In this document: positions 1 through 12,852 of the stretch, piece after piece
Layout of the letters: each line of letters begins with the position of its first letter
Position numbering within the stretch: the first letter of the stretch is position 1
Assembly (NCBI GenBank): GCA_951406725.2
Contig: OX597839.1
Span: 36,022,001 to 36,086,000, forward strand
Direction of reading: 5' to 3'
DNA from: Octopus vulgaris
Lineage: Eukaryota
DNA: 64,000 bases
Program-made: the position numbers and the translations under genes
The notes under the pieces: generated by a model
Seen by the model: the letters and a program-made list of their open reading frames with translations, nothing else
Databases searched by the model: none
What the model was told of the DNA's origin: nothing

Positions 1-170
1 CAACAAAGAAACGAGACATACAACATAAAGAATATTCCCCTTCTTCAGTTGTCCCTGTTTCATATACTCCACTTCCGAAGGCAAGGACAATACGCGACTT
101 CTTTGAAACAATCCTTCCCACAAAGCAAATTAAATAAAATTTGGAATTTTTTGCGGAGGGTGAAAGTGGT
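1..170 (-). mobile_element. Short repeat family E, copy 1 (permuted HHR-like motif at 35-109), probable non-autonomous PLE-derived element
   Basis: Homologous to 15860-16070 (shared ttccccttcttcag...gtttca...gaagg...tacgc...tgaaac). The minus strand has GUA, a GAAA-like segment and CUGAAGA with complementary flanks. Confidence 0.6.
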
Positions 171-251
171 AGTTCTATATGCTAGAAATAGCAACCAAAT
201 AATTCCTAAATAACACCCTTTATTATCTTGAACGTGAAAGACACGTTAAAT

Positions 252-507
252 CAGTGGTTCCCAACTATTTCTTACCAATGGATCCCTTTCATTGTTATCT
301 CACTTGAGTGGACCCTCTTAGGCATTGGATTATGTTATTCTTTTATTTGTTTTAGTTATTTAACTGCGACCATGCAGTTATTACTAGGAATTGTCGAAAA
401 AGTTGCTAAAATATTTTGTGCAATTTAAGAGTATGACCATCCATTTTAAACCTCAAAATATTATAGGGACCTCTAAGGGCCATATTGACCCCGGTTCAGA
501 ACCACTG
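252..507. mobile_element. hAT-type MITE
   Basis: TIRs cagtggttcccaac / gttcagaaccactg; 8-bp TSD cgttaaat (244-251) vs cgttaact (508-515), 7/8 match. Confidence 0.85.
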
Positions 508-565
508 CGTTAACTGATATAGTCATAGATAAATATAAAATTCTCTGAATGGTCATAGCAAGAAC

Positions 566-608
<43 letters not shown>

Positions 609-643
609 ACCCTCGGCCTTCACTGCACACTCAAGACTCCCTT

Positions 644-1165
644 GGAGATCTTTTCCCTTTGAACGGCAGATCGAGAAATTAATTTTTTGTAACTAAACAC
701 TTTCAAACTTCGGACACTGGTAGAATGTGTCATATAAAACATCTTTTACTCTTAGTGTTGTTGAGAAAAGTTTGTATTTTCAAAGTTATTTCGTGTTAAA
801 GTTGTCGTATTTCGGTAATTTCAACCAATCAATGACGTGTATTCAGGTGAATAAAATTACGACTGTTGTTTGTCAACAACTTCCGGCTGTTTATATTTTG
901 TTTGTCATTATTATTTATCGCATATTTCATCTCTGTTACGTTTGTATGAATAAACGAGTGTATCTGAAGCATGGTTACTTCATGGCACCACCACAATCGT
1001 TCATGCATTTCTACTGCTTTCAGTTATTTTTTCCTTCCTGTTTTTCAGCTACTATTTCCGATCAAAGGGCGAAGGTAAAGAATGCGCACACTCGGTGTTT
1101 AGGGTTAGGGCTTTTGCTACGCCGAAAACGGGTGGTGTGTGTATTCTTTACCTCTGCCGATCAAA
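644..1165. mobile_element. Non-autonomous DNA element with subterminal inverted repeat and short TTAGGG tract (Helentron/HINE-like or MITE)
   Basis: tttgaacggcag (658-669) vs ctgccgatcaaa (1154-1165), 11/12 inverted match; ttagggttaggg at 1099-1110; family assignment is inference. Confidence 0.45.
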
Positions 1166-1440
1166 GCCTCGTAAGTGGATTTGGTGAACGGTAACTGAAA
1201 GAAGCCAGTCGTAAATATGTGTGTGTTCCCTACTACCGCATGAAAACCAGTGTTAGTGCATTTATATCCCCGTAACTTACTGGTTGCTCAAAAGAACCAC
1301 GATAAAATAAGTACTAGGTTTTTACAAAATAAGTAAGTACCAAGGTCAATTCCTTCAACTAGAATTCCTCGAGGCGGTGCTCCAGTATGGCCGTACTCTA
1401 ATGCCTGAAACAAGTAAGACGTAAAAGATAAAAGATAAAA
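1156..1440 (+). mobile_element. SINE family A, 5'-truncated diverged copy
   Basis: Matches body and tail of 9975-10460 (gtggatttgg...gaaagaagcc...aagtactagg...gcggtgctccag). Confidence 0.8.
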
Positions 1441-1742
1441 ATAACATAATACTTTCGTAGAAATATTCTGGGAAGTCGCAGCAAACTAAACAGGGAGAGA
1501 AAAAAAACCGCTTTCCAAACAAGTAGAACATTGCATTTTAAAATGGCGCCCCTACGCTGCTTACTGCTACTTTGTTCAGCCATGCGCGCTGCTACAGATA
1601 CAGCCTGAAGACATTAGCTACAGCTCTTAAATTTCCACATCAAACGATTTTATTTAGAGCAACCGATGCTGGAATTTCGAAATTAAAAAAAGAAACCAGA
1701 GAAATTTCAATGAGGATTTTTTTTCTTCCTTTCTATGAGTGT

Positions 1743-1798
<56 letters not shown>

Positions 1799-1927
1799 TC
1801 GAAAGCTGGTTTTTATATATGATCGACATCGTACAGAAACTGTAATTTACATGTCACTCATGCACATATATATGTTATGTGTGAGTGTGTGTGTATGTAT
1901 ATGAATATATGTATGTTTGTATGTATG

Positions 1928-1981
<54 letters not shown>

Positions 1982-2375
1982 TGTGAAATTCGAGTTATGA
2001 TATAAAAAATTGAATTTTAATCAAGTCATATTCATTCGTTCTCTCTGTCTCTCTGTATATCTACCTACATATGCATATGTGTGCGTGTGTATAAGCATAT
2101 ATATATATGTATATATACGTGTATATATATGTATACATGCACACACACACACATATATATAGCGATTACATCGTAGAAGAGTCACTTTAGAACTCGTAGA
2201 ACTAATTACATTCACTTTCCTGTTAACTCTTGAGCTTCTAAAGATTTCGTCACATTCCTGCAGCGTAATCATTGTCACAGTTCGACAGTTCCAGATGATA
2301 ACACCTGCAAGATCGTAAATCTGCGTGTGTGTGTGTGAGATAGAATGCGTGCTTGAGTGTGTGCGAGCGTGTGTA

Positions 2376-2421
<46 letters not shown>

Positions 2422-2424
<3 letters not shown>

Positions 2425-2555
2425 GGGGGGGGAGTTCACGAAAAAACAAAAGACGAAGACAGGCGGTGTAAAAACAAACAGATGTATTAGTATAACGCTC
2501 AGGAATAGAAAAAAAGTATTTTACATTTCGAGCCTACGCTCTTCTACAGAAAATA
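2422..2555 (-). mobile_element. Family D HHR-bearing mini-element, copy 1 (HHR 2519-2552)
   Basis: Minus strand UUU-CUGUAGA-A-GAGC-GUAG-GCUC-GAAAU-GUA-AAA; flanked by (TA)n; homologous to four other copies in the window. Confidence 0.75.
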
Positions 2556-3129
2556 TATATATATGTATGTATGTATCTCTCTTTTCTCTTTTACTTGTTT
2601 CAGTCATTTTGACTGCGGCCATGCTGGAGCAACGCATGTATGTATGCATGTATGTATGTATATATATATACACACACAAATATACATATATCTGTAGGTA
2701 GCTATGTATATAATGGAGAGATTTACGTTCCAATTTGCTGCAATCCTAAAACCAAAAAGTACCAAACAGAAAACCAAATGGTTTAACTTCCCTTGCAGTC
2801 ATGCAGTAAACACAAGCATCGCAAACTATTTCCTTAAATTAATAAGAAAATATACCTTTTTTTTTCACACGACAAATTCCCCATAAATCTGTAAATCTGA
2901 AACCTAACGGCAAAAGAAATTCGATACACGGCAAATAGACTCAAACACGAGTTCCTGCAACTGCTGAAACCCAGTAAATTGCCTCCTTAATTATACAAGC
3001 CTATTCAAAGACAGTATTAACTAAGGTAGCCACAAATTCCCCTGAAAGACACTACATAGGCCTAACGGCAAACAAATTGAAATTACGATAGACACAATAC
3101 TTACATTCATTCAGGAATACAGTTCTATA

Positions 3130-3295
3130 TTTAAGAGATGAGGAATTATGTACATTATTTACATTTACAATTGTCAGATATTTGTCCTCATCTTGTTTGT
3201 TGTTAACACAACATTTCGGCTGATATACCCTCCAGCCTCCTTCAGGTGTCTTTGGGAAATTTCAAACCTGGGTTCTCATTCCTAAGGTATTTTTT
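3130..3295 (-). mobile_element. Family F PLE-like repeat with type I HHR-like motif (3205-3250)
   Basis: Minus strand GACAC-CUGAAGG-A-GGCUG-(10 nt)-CAGCC-GAAAU-GUU-GUGUU: stems I and II intact, core slightly decayed. Confidence 0.65.
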
Positions 3296-3344
3296 TATGT
3301 TGTTGTTGTTGTTGTTATTATTATTATTATTATTATTATCATTT

Positions 3345-3458
3345 CTTTCTTCAGATTTTCTTCCGCTTCTCGCCGAGTGTTTTCCGTACACCTAGGGCAG
3401 AGAAGTATGCCTGGAATCCTGGGGTTAGTAGCCTGCGCTCTTAACCACTACGCCCTAT
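3345..3458 (-). mobile_element. tRNA-headed SINE fragment (additional family, internally deleted)
   Basis: Minus strand ggcgtagtggttaagagcgcaggctactaacccc = A-box/D-arm and anticodon-arm-like tRNA head. Confidence 0.5.
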
Positions 3459-3647
3459 GGAATCATGAAAACTATCATTCCTTACACGATCATCTCGAGT
3501 AGATCGGAGAGGGTAATGTTGTACAGCCTAGGATGAAAATTTTGTTTCCTATGCATTTCCAAAAGGGTGGCAATCCCTATTATCACTCACAACGTATTCA
3601 TTTATTTGGAGGTGGTTTTAATTAGTACGAAACGGATATATATATAC

Positions 3648-3874
3648 GGAGAGCTGGCAGAATCGTTAGCACGCCGGGCGAAATGCGTAGCCGTATTTCG
3701 TCTGTCGTTACGTTGTGAGTTCAAATTCCGCCGAGGTCGACTTTGCCTTTCATCCTTTCGGGGTCGATAAATAAAGTACCAGTTACACACTAGGGTCGAT
3801 GTAGTCGACTTAATCCCTTTGTCTGTCCTTGTTTGTCCCCTCTATGTTTAGCCCCTTGTGGGCAATAAAGAAAT
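3648..3874 (+). mobile_element. SINE family B (tail type B1), full length
   Basis: Head gagctggcagaatcgttagc...gagttcaaattcc (B-box), central ctttcatcctttcggggtcgataaataaagtaccag, tail agccccttgtgggcaataaagaaat; near-identical to 22516 and 42022 copies. Confidence 0.9.
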
Positions 3875-4239
3875 ATATATATGTGTGTGCGTGTGTGTGT
3901 ATATATGTGAGTGTGTGTGTGTGTGTGTATGTATGTGTATATATATAAATATGTGTGTGTGTGTGTATTTGTTTTCTTCTATGTTTCAGGCTAGTGGCTG
4001 CGGCCATGCTGTATGTATATATATTGTATGTATGTGTACATGTATGTATGTAAGTATGTGCATATGTAAAAGTATTGATGTATAATGTATCGATGTATAT
4101 AAAAATCCATTTACCTATATTTCTTTGAAAGAAAGCAAAAAAAAAACCCCAAACTTCCCTCTACCGAATCCTACTACTGCAATTAGCCACTTTAGTCACA
4201 TGACTTCAATTATTTCGTGACCTTATAATACTAACAATA

Positions 4240-5400
4240 ATAACAACAACATCGATACCGCCATCGCCACCGCCGTCGCCGCCACCACCACCACCACTAC
4301 CACCACCGATATCACCTTTGAACATCAATATTAATTGGTAACCTGGGGATAAATAACTCCATCCCTACTCACCCCCACCCCCGCTCATTAACACTGCTTA
4401 TACCAACACCACCACTACCGCTACGAATACTGGAATTGCTAACACCACCATCCTCAAAAGCAACCTCCGCCATCATGATCGTTGACACTTCCTCCAACAA
4501 CAACACCACCACCACAAACACCTCCCCCCATCAGTCCCACCGCTAACGCCACCACCACCACCACCACTAGTGCAAATCACACCGCCACCGCTAACACCAA
4601 CACCAACTCACTAAGAACGCTAAAATCACCACCACCACCAACATCACATCACATCACTACCGTCACCATCATCATCATCATCATCATCATCACAAACATT
4701 AAGCCACAAACACCGGCGCCAGAACCGCCACAATAACATCACATCGTTACCGACACCACCACCACCATCACTCAATACTAACATCACCACCATCACTAAG
4801 GCAACACCACCAGCACCACTACAGTACAGCACCAGAAACTGCTAACATTACCACTATTATTATCATCTCATCACAACCATCACCACCACCGCCACCACCA
4901 CTACCACCAACACCACCACCACCATCACCACCATCACCACCACCACCACCACCACTACTGCTACTACCACCACCACCACCACCACCACCATCACCACCAC
5001 CACCACAACCATCACCACCGCCACCACCACCACAACCATCACCACCACCACCACCACCACTGCTACCGCAACCTCGACGATCACCACCGTCCCCACCACC
5101 ATCATTGTCACCACGAAAGCGCTAAGGCACTAGTACAAACCACCACAAGCAAACTACATCGACATATAACATCGCCAGCATCATAAACCTACAACCACGC
5201 TACCAATTAACATTACCACCACCACCACTAGTTTCAATCACCACTACTACCAATCACCAATACTAACAAATAATACCACATCGATACTACCACCACCTTC
5301 ACCACCACCACCACCACCAACACCAATGCCAACACCACCACCACCAGCACCGCCACCACCAGCGCCGCCACCGCCACCACTATATTATCCCAGCCATTAC
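4240..5400. repeat. Degenerate (CAC/CAT/AAC)n trinucleotide-rich low-complexity tract
   Basis: Runs of accaccacc/catcatcat; produces poly-T/P/V ORFs. Confidence 0.9.
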
Positions 5401-6184
5401 CAAATAGCAATTTCTGCTGAAATGAGATCAACGTTATCGTCTGCATTCTTCAATTTCTTCCTTATCTCTGCTTTTTCATTCCTCTCCTCCCCTTCATCTC
5501 TCTCTTTCTCAAACTCATCTTCCTCCCTCTCTTTCTCTCTCTCTATCTCTCCCCTCTCTCTCTAACTCGCTATCTTTCTCTTTATCGCTTTCTCTGTCTT
5601 ACATTCGCTATCTTCCTCTCTCTCTCTTTCTCTCTTTTTTTCTCTATCGCTCTCTCCCTCCCCCCTCTCTCTCTAACTCGCTATCTTTCTTTTTATCACT
5701 TTCTGTGTCTTACGCTCGCTATCTTCCTCTCTCTCTTTCTCTCTCTCATTCTCCTCCCTACTCCGTCTATAATCATACATTGACTCTCTTTCTCCCCCTC
5801 ACTTTACCGTACCATAACTCACTCTCTAACAACATTCCTAATTTGTATTCTTCCCCACCAACACCATTTGTTTCTCTCTGTTTCTCTCTCTCTCCCCTCC
5901 CTCTTTCTCTCTCAGTCTATCTATTTATCTCTCCTCTTTCTCTCTACTTGGGAAAGAGGAGGAAGAGATAGATAGATAGAGTGATAGTAAAATAAAAACT
6001 TCTCACACACACACACATATTATAATTTCTATATTATATATAGGAATACATACATAGTCGGCTAAAACCCTTCAGGGCGGTGCCCCAGCATGGTCGCAGT
6101 CCACTGATTGAAAAGTAAAACATACATATAATACCGGTGCCCCAGCATGGCCACAGCTCATGAGCTGAAACTAGAATCAATCAA

Positions 6185-6437
6185 TCATATATACATACAC
6201 ACATACATACACACACATATATACATATACAGATACATACATACATACATATATATATATATATACATACACATACATAGATATATATACATACATACAT
6301 TCACACAAACATACATATGCACATACATACATGTACATATATATATACATACATGTACATATATATATACATACATACACACATACATATAATACATACA
6401 TACATACATACACAGATACATACATACATACATACAC

Positions 6438-6468
<31 letters not shown>

Positions 6469-6532
6469 CATACATACTTACATACATACACACATACATA
6501 CATACACACATACATACACACACACACACACA

Positions 6533-6564
<32 letters not shown>

Positions 6565-6830
6565 CATACATACTTACATACATACACACATACATACATA
6601 CATACATATCATACATACATACATACATACATACATACATACAAACATACATACATACATACAAACATACATACATACACACATACATACACACACACAC
6701 ACACACACATACATACATACAAACATAGATATATACATACATACATAGCATACACACACACATACACACATACATACATAGCATACACACACACAGAACA
6801 TCATACATATTTGCATACATATATATCTAT
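6185..6830. repeat. Compound (CATA)n/(CA)n/(TA)n microsatellite
   Basis: Directly visible. Confidence 0.95.
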
Positions 6831-7507
6831 ATGAATCCGCAAGTCTCATTTTTCATGAAAAATTTTTCCGCCTCGCTCCATTCCTCTTCTCCTTCCCTCC
6901 CCCGTTTCTCCCTCCTCCCCGCAAACATTTTAATCCCAAAACATCAATCCCACCACTACCACCACCACCACCACCACCATCACACCCGCCCGCCTGACCT
7001 CTTTCTCCTCTCCCCCATCCCCTTCTCCCGTGCCCCCCTACATCCATCCCATCTATCTTCCTCCGCCACATTTACACACACACACATACGCACGCATACA
7101 CGCACACACATACACACACCTCCTCCTCCTCATCATCTCTACCGCCACCTCCACCTCCACCTCAGCCAATCATTCCATCCAATTTGACAAACGGTGCCTC
7201 TTTAGCGACACCAATTCCGTTACCAAATCTATTGTTATAAACTGAGTACACAATTAGTGAGTCTCTTGTGAAATTCGTGTCTGTTGTCGCTACCGTGGCG
7301 TCCTCGTCCACTTGTTGTTTTGTCATAAATATTGTTTGTTCATCAGGCATTACACATTTTATATGTTTATTTTATGTGTGAACGTATTTCTGTGTATTTC
7401 AAATGGTATCTAATTAATTATGTATGTGTATATTATATCTATCATTTTAATACGATAAAATATATTATATGTATGATATGATAAATATTATTATATATGG
7501 TAAATAA

Positions 7508-7741
<234 letters not shown>

Positions 7742-7779
7742 TATATATAATATATGAATTATATTATATATTGGGATAC

Positions 7780-8095
7780 ATGCACCGCTGTGTTGTTAAG
7801 GTTCACCCCTACAGCGCGGCACCTTGGACAAGTATCTTCTATTTTAACACCAGACTGACTATATTTATCTTATAATAGACGAAAACTGTGTGGAAGTCCA
7901 TCGTATATGTGTGTGTGTGTCTCGCAACCGTTTAACGAGTGTTGCTTTGTTTACATCCCCGTAGCCTAGCGGTTCGGTAAAAAAAAAACTGCTGGCTTAA
8001 AAATAAGTACTTGGAGGTTGATTTTTTTTTTCAAGTAAACCCAACAGGCGATGCTTTAGCATGGCCACAGTCCAATAATTTAAACAATTAAAAGA
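7780..8095 (+). mobile_element. SINE family A, old diverged copy
   Basis: gcggcaccttggacaagt...gtttacatccccgtagcctagcggttcgg...gcatggccacagtccaat. Confidence 0.7.
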
Positions 8096-8619
8096 GTGTG
8101 TATGTATGTGTGTGCATGTATGTATGTATATATATATGTATGTGTGTGTGTGTTGGGAAAAGAACTTTCAATCCATCCCGTAATTTTAGGAAGGTCGTTC
8201 TGGCCCACCCAGGTGAAACAGATACTTTATTGAGTAGACACTTTCCAACTGTGGCCATCCCCTAATCACAATTCATTCAGTTTAACTATGTCTTTTTTCT
8301 TCTAAGGCAAACAGAGTGTGATTTCAATGAAATTTAGCTGCTATATCTAGCAGCTCGAACGACCACGTAATCTCCCCCCCTCTCCCCCCTCTCTCTCTCT
8401 CTCTACCGTTGGTACGTCATCGTAGAGAGGTGGTGTGTTTCTGGCTAACCAATTCCGCAATATAAAAGTTCTTCAAGACTCGGTCGAAGCGATTCACTTC
8501 TCTTATCCTCACCCACCCACCCCGCCACCATTTATTTCGCCTTCTTCCAGTTGTGCCAGAACGTGATGTAGACTAAAAAAATGCCATTTTCTTTTCACTA
8601 CATAATTGATGTAGACAGC

Positions 8620-8965
8620 GTGTGGGCAGAATCGTAGGTATATCGATCAAAATGCATAGCCTCATTTTCTTCCGGTTGTTTACCTCCTGAGTTCAAATCC
8701 AGCCGATATCAACTTCGCCTTTCATCTCTTCGAGATCGATAAAATAAATGACCAGTCAAGCATTGGAGTCGATGTCATCGATTTCCCCCTCCACTTAAAA
8801 TTGCTGTCCTTGTGCCACAAATTAAAAGTTTTTAATATGGCGGCGAACTTAGCAGAATCGTTACTACACGTGGCAAAAATGCTTAGCGACGTTTTGTATG
8901 TCTTCATGTTCTGAGTTCAAAGTCCGCCGAGGTCGATTTTCCGTTTCATCCTTTCAGGGGGCGAT
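8620..8965 (+). mobile_element. Two adjacent diverged SINE family B copies (B2 tail, then truncated copy)
   Basis: gagttcaaatcc...ctttcatctcttcgagatcgataaaat...ccttgtgccac; second head ggcggcgaacttagcagaatcgtta at about 8839. Confidence 0.7.
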
Positions 8966-9169
8966 GCATCGTTGGATTGCAGACCGACGATGGTATAGCA
9001 GGCCAAAACCTCGAAGTCACTATCAACAACATTATTGCTTAAGAATAATACATACACACATACATTCATACATACATACATACATACATTCATACACACA
9101 CACATACATACATACATACATACATACATTCATACATGCACACATACATACACACATACATATATTGTG

Positions 9170-9347
9170 ACACTCCGTTGGTTATGATGACGAGGGTTCC
9201 AGTTGATCCGATCAACGGAACAGTCTGCTCGTGAAATCAACGCGCAAGTGGCTGAGCACTCCACAGACACGTGTACCCTTAACGTAGTTCTCGGGGAGAT
9301 TCAGCGTAACACAGAGTGTGACAAGGCTGGCCCTTTAAAATACAGGT

Positions 9348-9348
<1 letters not shown>
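9170..9348 (-). mobile_element. SINE family C, 3' fragment
   Basis: Matches 10615-10798 (cactccgt...gacacgtgtacccttaacgtagttctcg...tacaggtaca). Confidence 0.85.
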
Positions 9349-9384
<36 letters not shown>

Positions 9385-9387
9385 GAA

Positions 9388-9697
9388 CTGCCACTCTGTC
9401 GGTTACGATGGCGAGTGTTCCAGTCGATCCAATCAACGGAATGGCTTGCTCATGAAATTAATAGGCAAATGGCTGAGCATTCCAAAAACACGAGTACTCT
9501 TAACGTAGTTATCAGCGTGACACAGAATGTAACAAGGCTGTCCCCTTTGAATTACTGGTACGACTCATTTCTACCAGCTGAGTGAACTGGAGCAGCATAA
9601 AATAAATTATCTTGTTTAAGGATATAACGGACCGCCGTGAATCGAACTCACGGTCGTGTGCCAAATGCCCTAAACACTAAACCACGCGACTTCACAA
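9388..9697 (-). mobile_element. SINE family C variant (C-type 3' half, different central module)
   Basis: Shares the C tail but has ccagttcactcagctggtagaaatgagt centrally and a diverged tRNA head (gagttcgattc). Confidence 0.7.
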
Positions 9698-9974
9698 TGT
9701 ATGTAGAAACTTCATCTGCTCTTAAAGTGCAAATAACAGTCAGAAGCTATTTTCGGAATTCTCGACATGAGAAAACCTGAGAGATGCCAGTCTCACCCAG
9801 TGAAATACAGCTGCACTATTTGACGACCGCACTTACTCATGCATAAGACGCACCCCTAATTCAATGTTGAATCTTCGTACAAAACATTTTTTCATTCATA
9901 GTTTTAGCTTTGCTCCGTCAGTTTTTTTTTGTTTTTTTTGTTATTGCTATTTTTTTTCAGTAAAAAATCAAGTA

Positions 9975-10141
9975 TAGGCGTAGGAGTGGTTGTGTGGTAA
10001 GTAGCTTGCTTACCAACCACATGGTTCCGGGTTCAGTCCCACTGCGTGGCACCTTCGGCAAGTGTCTTCTACTATAGCCTCGGGCCAACCAAAACCTTGT
10101 GAGTGGATTTGGTAGACGGAAACCGAAAGTAGCCCGTCGTA

Positions 10142-10231
<90 letters not shown>

Positions 10232-10460
10232 TGTGTCTGTGTGTGTATGTTTGTGTATCTGTGTTTGTCCCTCCAACATCCTTGACAACCGATGCTGGTG
10301 TGTTTACGTCCCCGTCACTTAGCGGTTCGGCAAAAGACACCGATAGAATAAGTACTAGGCGTCCAAAGAATAAGTCCTGGGGTCGATTTACTCGACTAAA
10401 AGCGGTGATCCAGCATGGCCACAGTCAAATGACTGAAACAAGAAAAAGGGTATAAAAGAG
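9975..10460 (+). mobile_element. SINE family A, full length with internal (TA)n(TG)n
   Basis: tRNA-like head (tggttgtgtgg / ggttcagtccc), accttcggcaagtg CORE-like motif, internal microsatellite, tail cagtcaaatgactgaaac; about 20 related copies in the window. Confidence 0.9.
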
Positions 10461-10609
10461 GGTATTAAATAATGGGATTTGTACACCAGGAAATACGACC
10501 CTTTATAGAACAATGGAAGGCAGCTAAATTTCACCTCACCGCGATTTGAACTCGTAAAATGAAGTGAAGTATTTTTATCTTGCCTCGGCCGATCGTTAAC
10601 AGCTGGTAG

Positions 10610-10996
10610 GTAGGAGCACTCCGTCGGTAACGACGATGAGGGTCCCAGCTGATCCGAATCAACGGAACAGCTTGCTCGTGGAATTAACGTGCAAGTGGCT
10701 GAGCATTCCACAGACACGTGTACCCTTAACGTAGTTCTCGAGGATATTCAGCATGACACAGAGTGTGACAAGGCTGGCCCCTTTGAAATACAGGTACAAC
10801 GGAAACAGGAAGAAAGAGTGAGAGAAAGTTGTGGTGAGAGAGTACAGCAGGGTTCACCACCACCCCCTGCAGGAGCCTTGTGAAGCTTTAGGTGTTTTCG
10901 CTCAATAAACACTCACAATGCCCGGTCTGGGAATCGAAACCGCGTTCCTACGACCGCGAGTCCACTGCCCTAACCACTGGGCCATTGCGCCTCCAC
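10610..10996 (-). mobile_element. SINE family C, full length, tRNA-derived, with 13-bp TSD
   Basis: Head ggcgcaatggcccagtggttagggc...ggtttcgattccc (A and B boxes); perfect TSD taacagctggtag at 10597-10609 and 10997-11009. Confidence 0.92.
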
Positions 10997-11312
10997 TAAC
11001 AGCTGGTAGACAGATATGAAAAACAAGTAGTTTTGTTATTATATATTTCAACTGAATGGGGAATTAATAGATGTTGCGATATAACTGCGAATGACAGCAA
11101 AACGGTTTCATCAAACGGAATCGAATTTGACAGTTTCCTAGCGAGAAAAATTAATAATGTGCTATTTTGCTATAATTTATGTATGTAATGTTGAGACTAC
11201 GGAACGAAAACGATGATATAATCTGCTGTAGATACGCTCAGTGAAACAGACATGGACGTACGCGCGCACACTTACACACATACACACGCCCGCACACATA
11301 CACACACACGCC

Positions 11313-11347
<35 letters not shown>

Positions 11348-11620
11348 ATACACACACTCACGCACATATTTATTATAGAGGAAAATGTGTGCCTGATGAA
11401 TATTAATGAAAAAAATAAACTGGAAGCAACATAGGACAAATAAACATGGAAATCCTCTCGTCAGCTATGGTGACCAGGCGGCAAGTGCAGTTTCCGCACA
11501 GCTTCTATATTAAACGGACGGTGCGTACCGGTCCAAATCATGATATGATTACATCATTATTTGCCTAAATTTACTAGTGCCACACATTTGGAATTTACCA
11601 AAGAAAAGACTAAGATATAT

Positions 11621-11787
11621 GTGTAAACAACAAACAGATGTATTAGTTTAACGCTCGGGAAGTGAGAAAGTATTTTACGTTTCGAGCCTACGCTCTTCAA
11701 CAGAAAGGAACGGGAATAAATAGGGAGAGAAAATAAAAAAGGTTTAGTGGCGCATACCGGACAGCAATCAATCATGGCGAATGCCGA
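11621..11787 (-). mobile_element. Family D mini-element, copy 2 (HHR 11673-11706)
   Basis: Minus strand UUU-CUGUUGA-A-GAGC-GUAG-GCUC-GAAAC-GUA-AAA; abuts (TA)n. Confidence 0.75.
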
Positions 11788-12519
11788 TATATATATATAT
11801 ATACATGTTTTATCTTTTCAGTCACTAGATTACGGCTATGAAGAATTTTCACCACCTTTTGTGATATATCTCTTACAACTTTTACCTTCATTTCTGGAGC
11901 AGACCTATGTCCAGAGTTTCTCTTTCTCTCCATCTTTTTCCCTTCTCTCTCTCCCTTACCCTCTTCTTTCTGACCTGCAAACCTGACAAAACTGTTTCTG
12001 TTATCTCTATTGTTAATATTATGATTATGGCCATTTGTGTGCGCTAAAGTATGAGAATCAACGTTCACAAAACTGATTGTGGAATTGTCAAGTACATTTT
12101 TCAAAGTATAATTCGCTTTCGTAACGTGTCTGTTTAATCGTCACCATATTCGCAATTTAGTACTTTTTATACATCTGTAATTTTCTTTTCAAATTATTTC
12201 TTTCAGAAATTATCGGAGATATATATATGTTGCAATCACGTTTATAGTTTACACCAGTTACTACCATCTCAGATAAAGTAGCCATATTGACTAACTAGTA
12301 AATAATGTTTAAAGAAATATTAAAAAAATTTTTTTTGAAGGACAAACTAATTTTATTTTACTCGATCAGTTCCGAGAGCCCTTTTTACGGAAGCGATTGG
12401 TCGATTAAATCAACACCGAATGGAAAACAAAATCGACCATGACGAAATTTGAACTCAGAACGAAAAGCAGGAAGAAATACCGCTAAATATTTTGTCCAGC
12501 GTGCTAATGATTATAGCTT

Positions 12520-12680
<161 letters not shown>

Positions 12681-12681
12681 T

Positions 12682-12852
12682 TGTTTCAAATTTTGGTACG
12701 ACGCCAGCAATTTCTGGAAAGGGGACAAGTCGTTTGCATCACCCTCCAGTGCTCAACTGGTACTTACTTTATCGAACCCGAAAGGCTGAAAGGTGAAGTC
12801 GACCTCGGCAGAATTTGAACTCAGAACGTAAAGTCGGACAAAATGCCGCTAA
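12682..12852 (-). mobile_element. SINE family B (B2 tail), partial
   Basis: gtttcaaattttgg...actggtacttactttatcga...gtcgacctcggcagaatttgaactcagaacg. Confidence 0.75.

Noticed and set aside
1099-1110. Telomere / interstitial telomeric array
   Set aside because: Only two TTAGGG units, inside a dispersed repeat
7162-7350. 62-aa non-repetitive ORF
   Set aside because: No recognisable homology or splice signals; could equally be non-coding unique sequence
8413-8500. CRE/CCAAT/TATA/Inr-like promoter
   Set aside because: Short motifs expected by chance in AT-rich DNA, suboptimal spacing and no downstream exon
10920-10996. Functional tRNA gene
   Set aside because: tRNA-like head is continuous with a SINE body and flanked by a TSD; the acceptor stem and anticodon arm do not form cleanly
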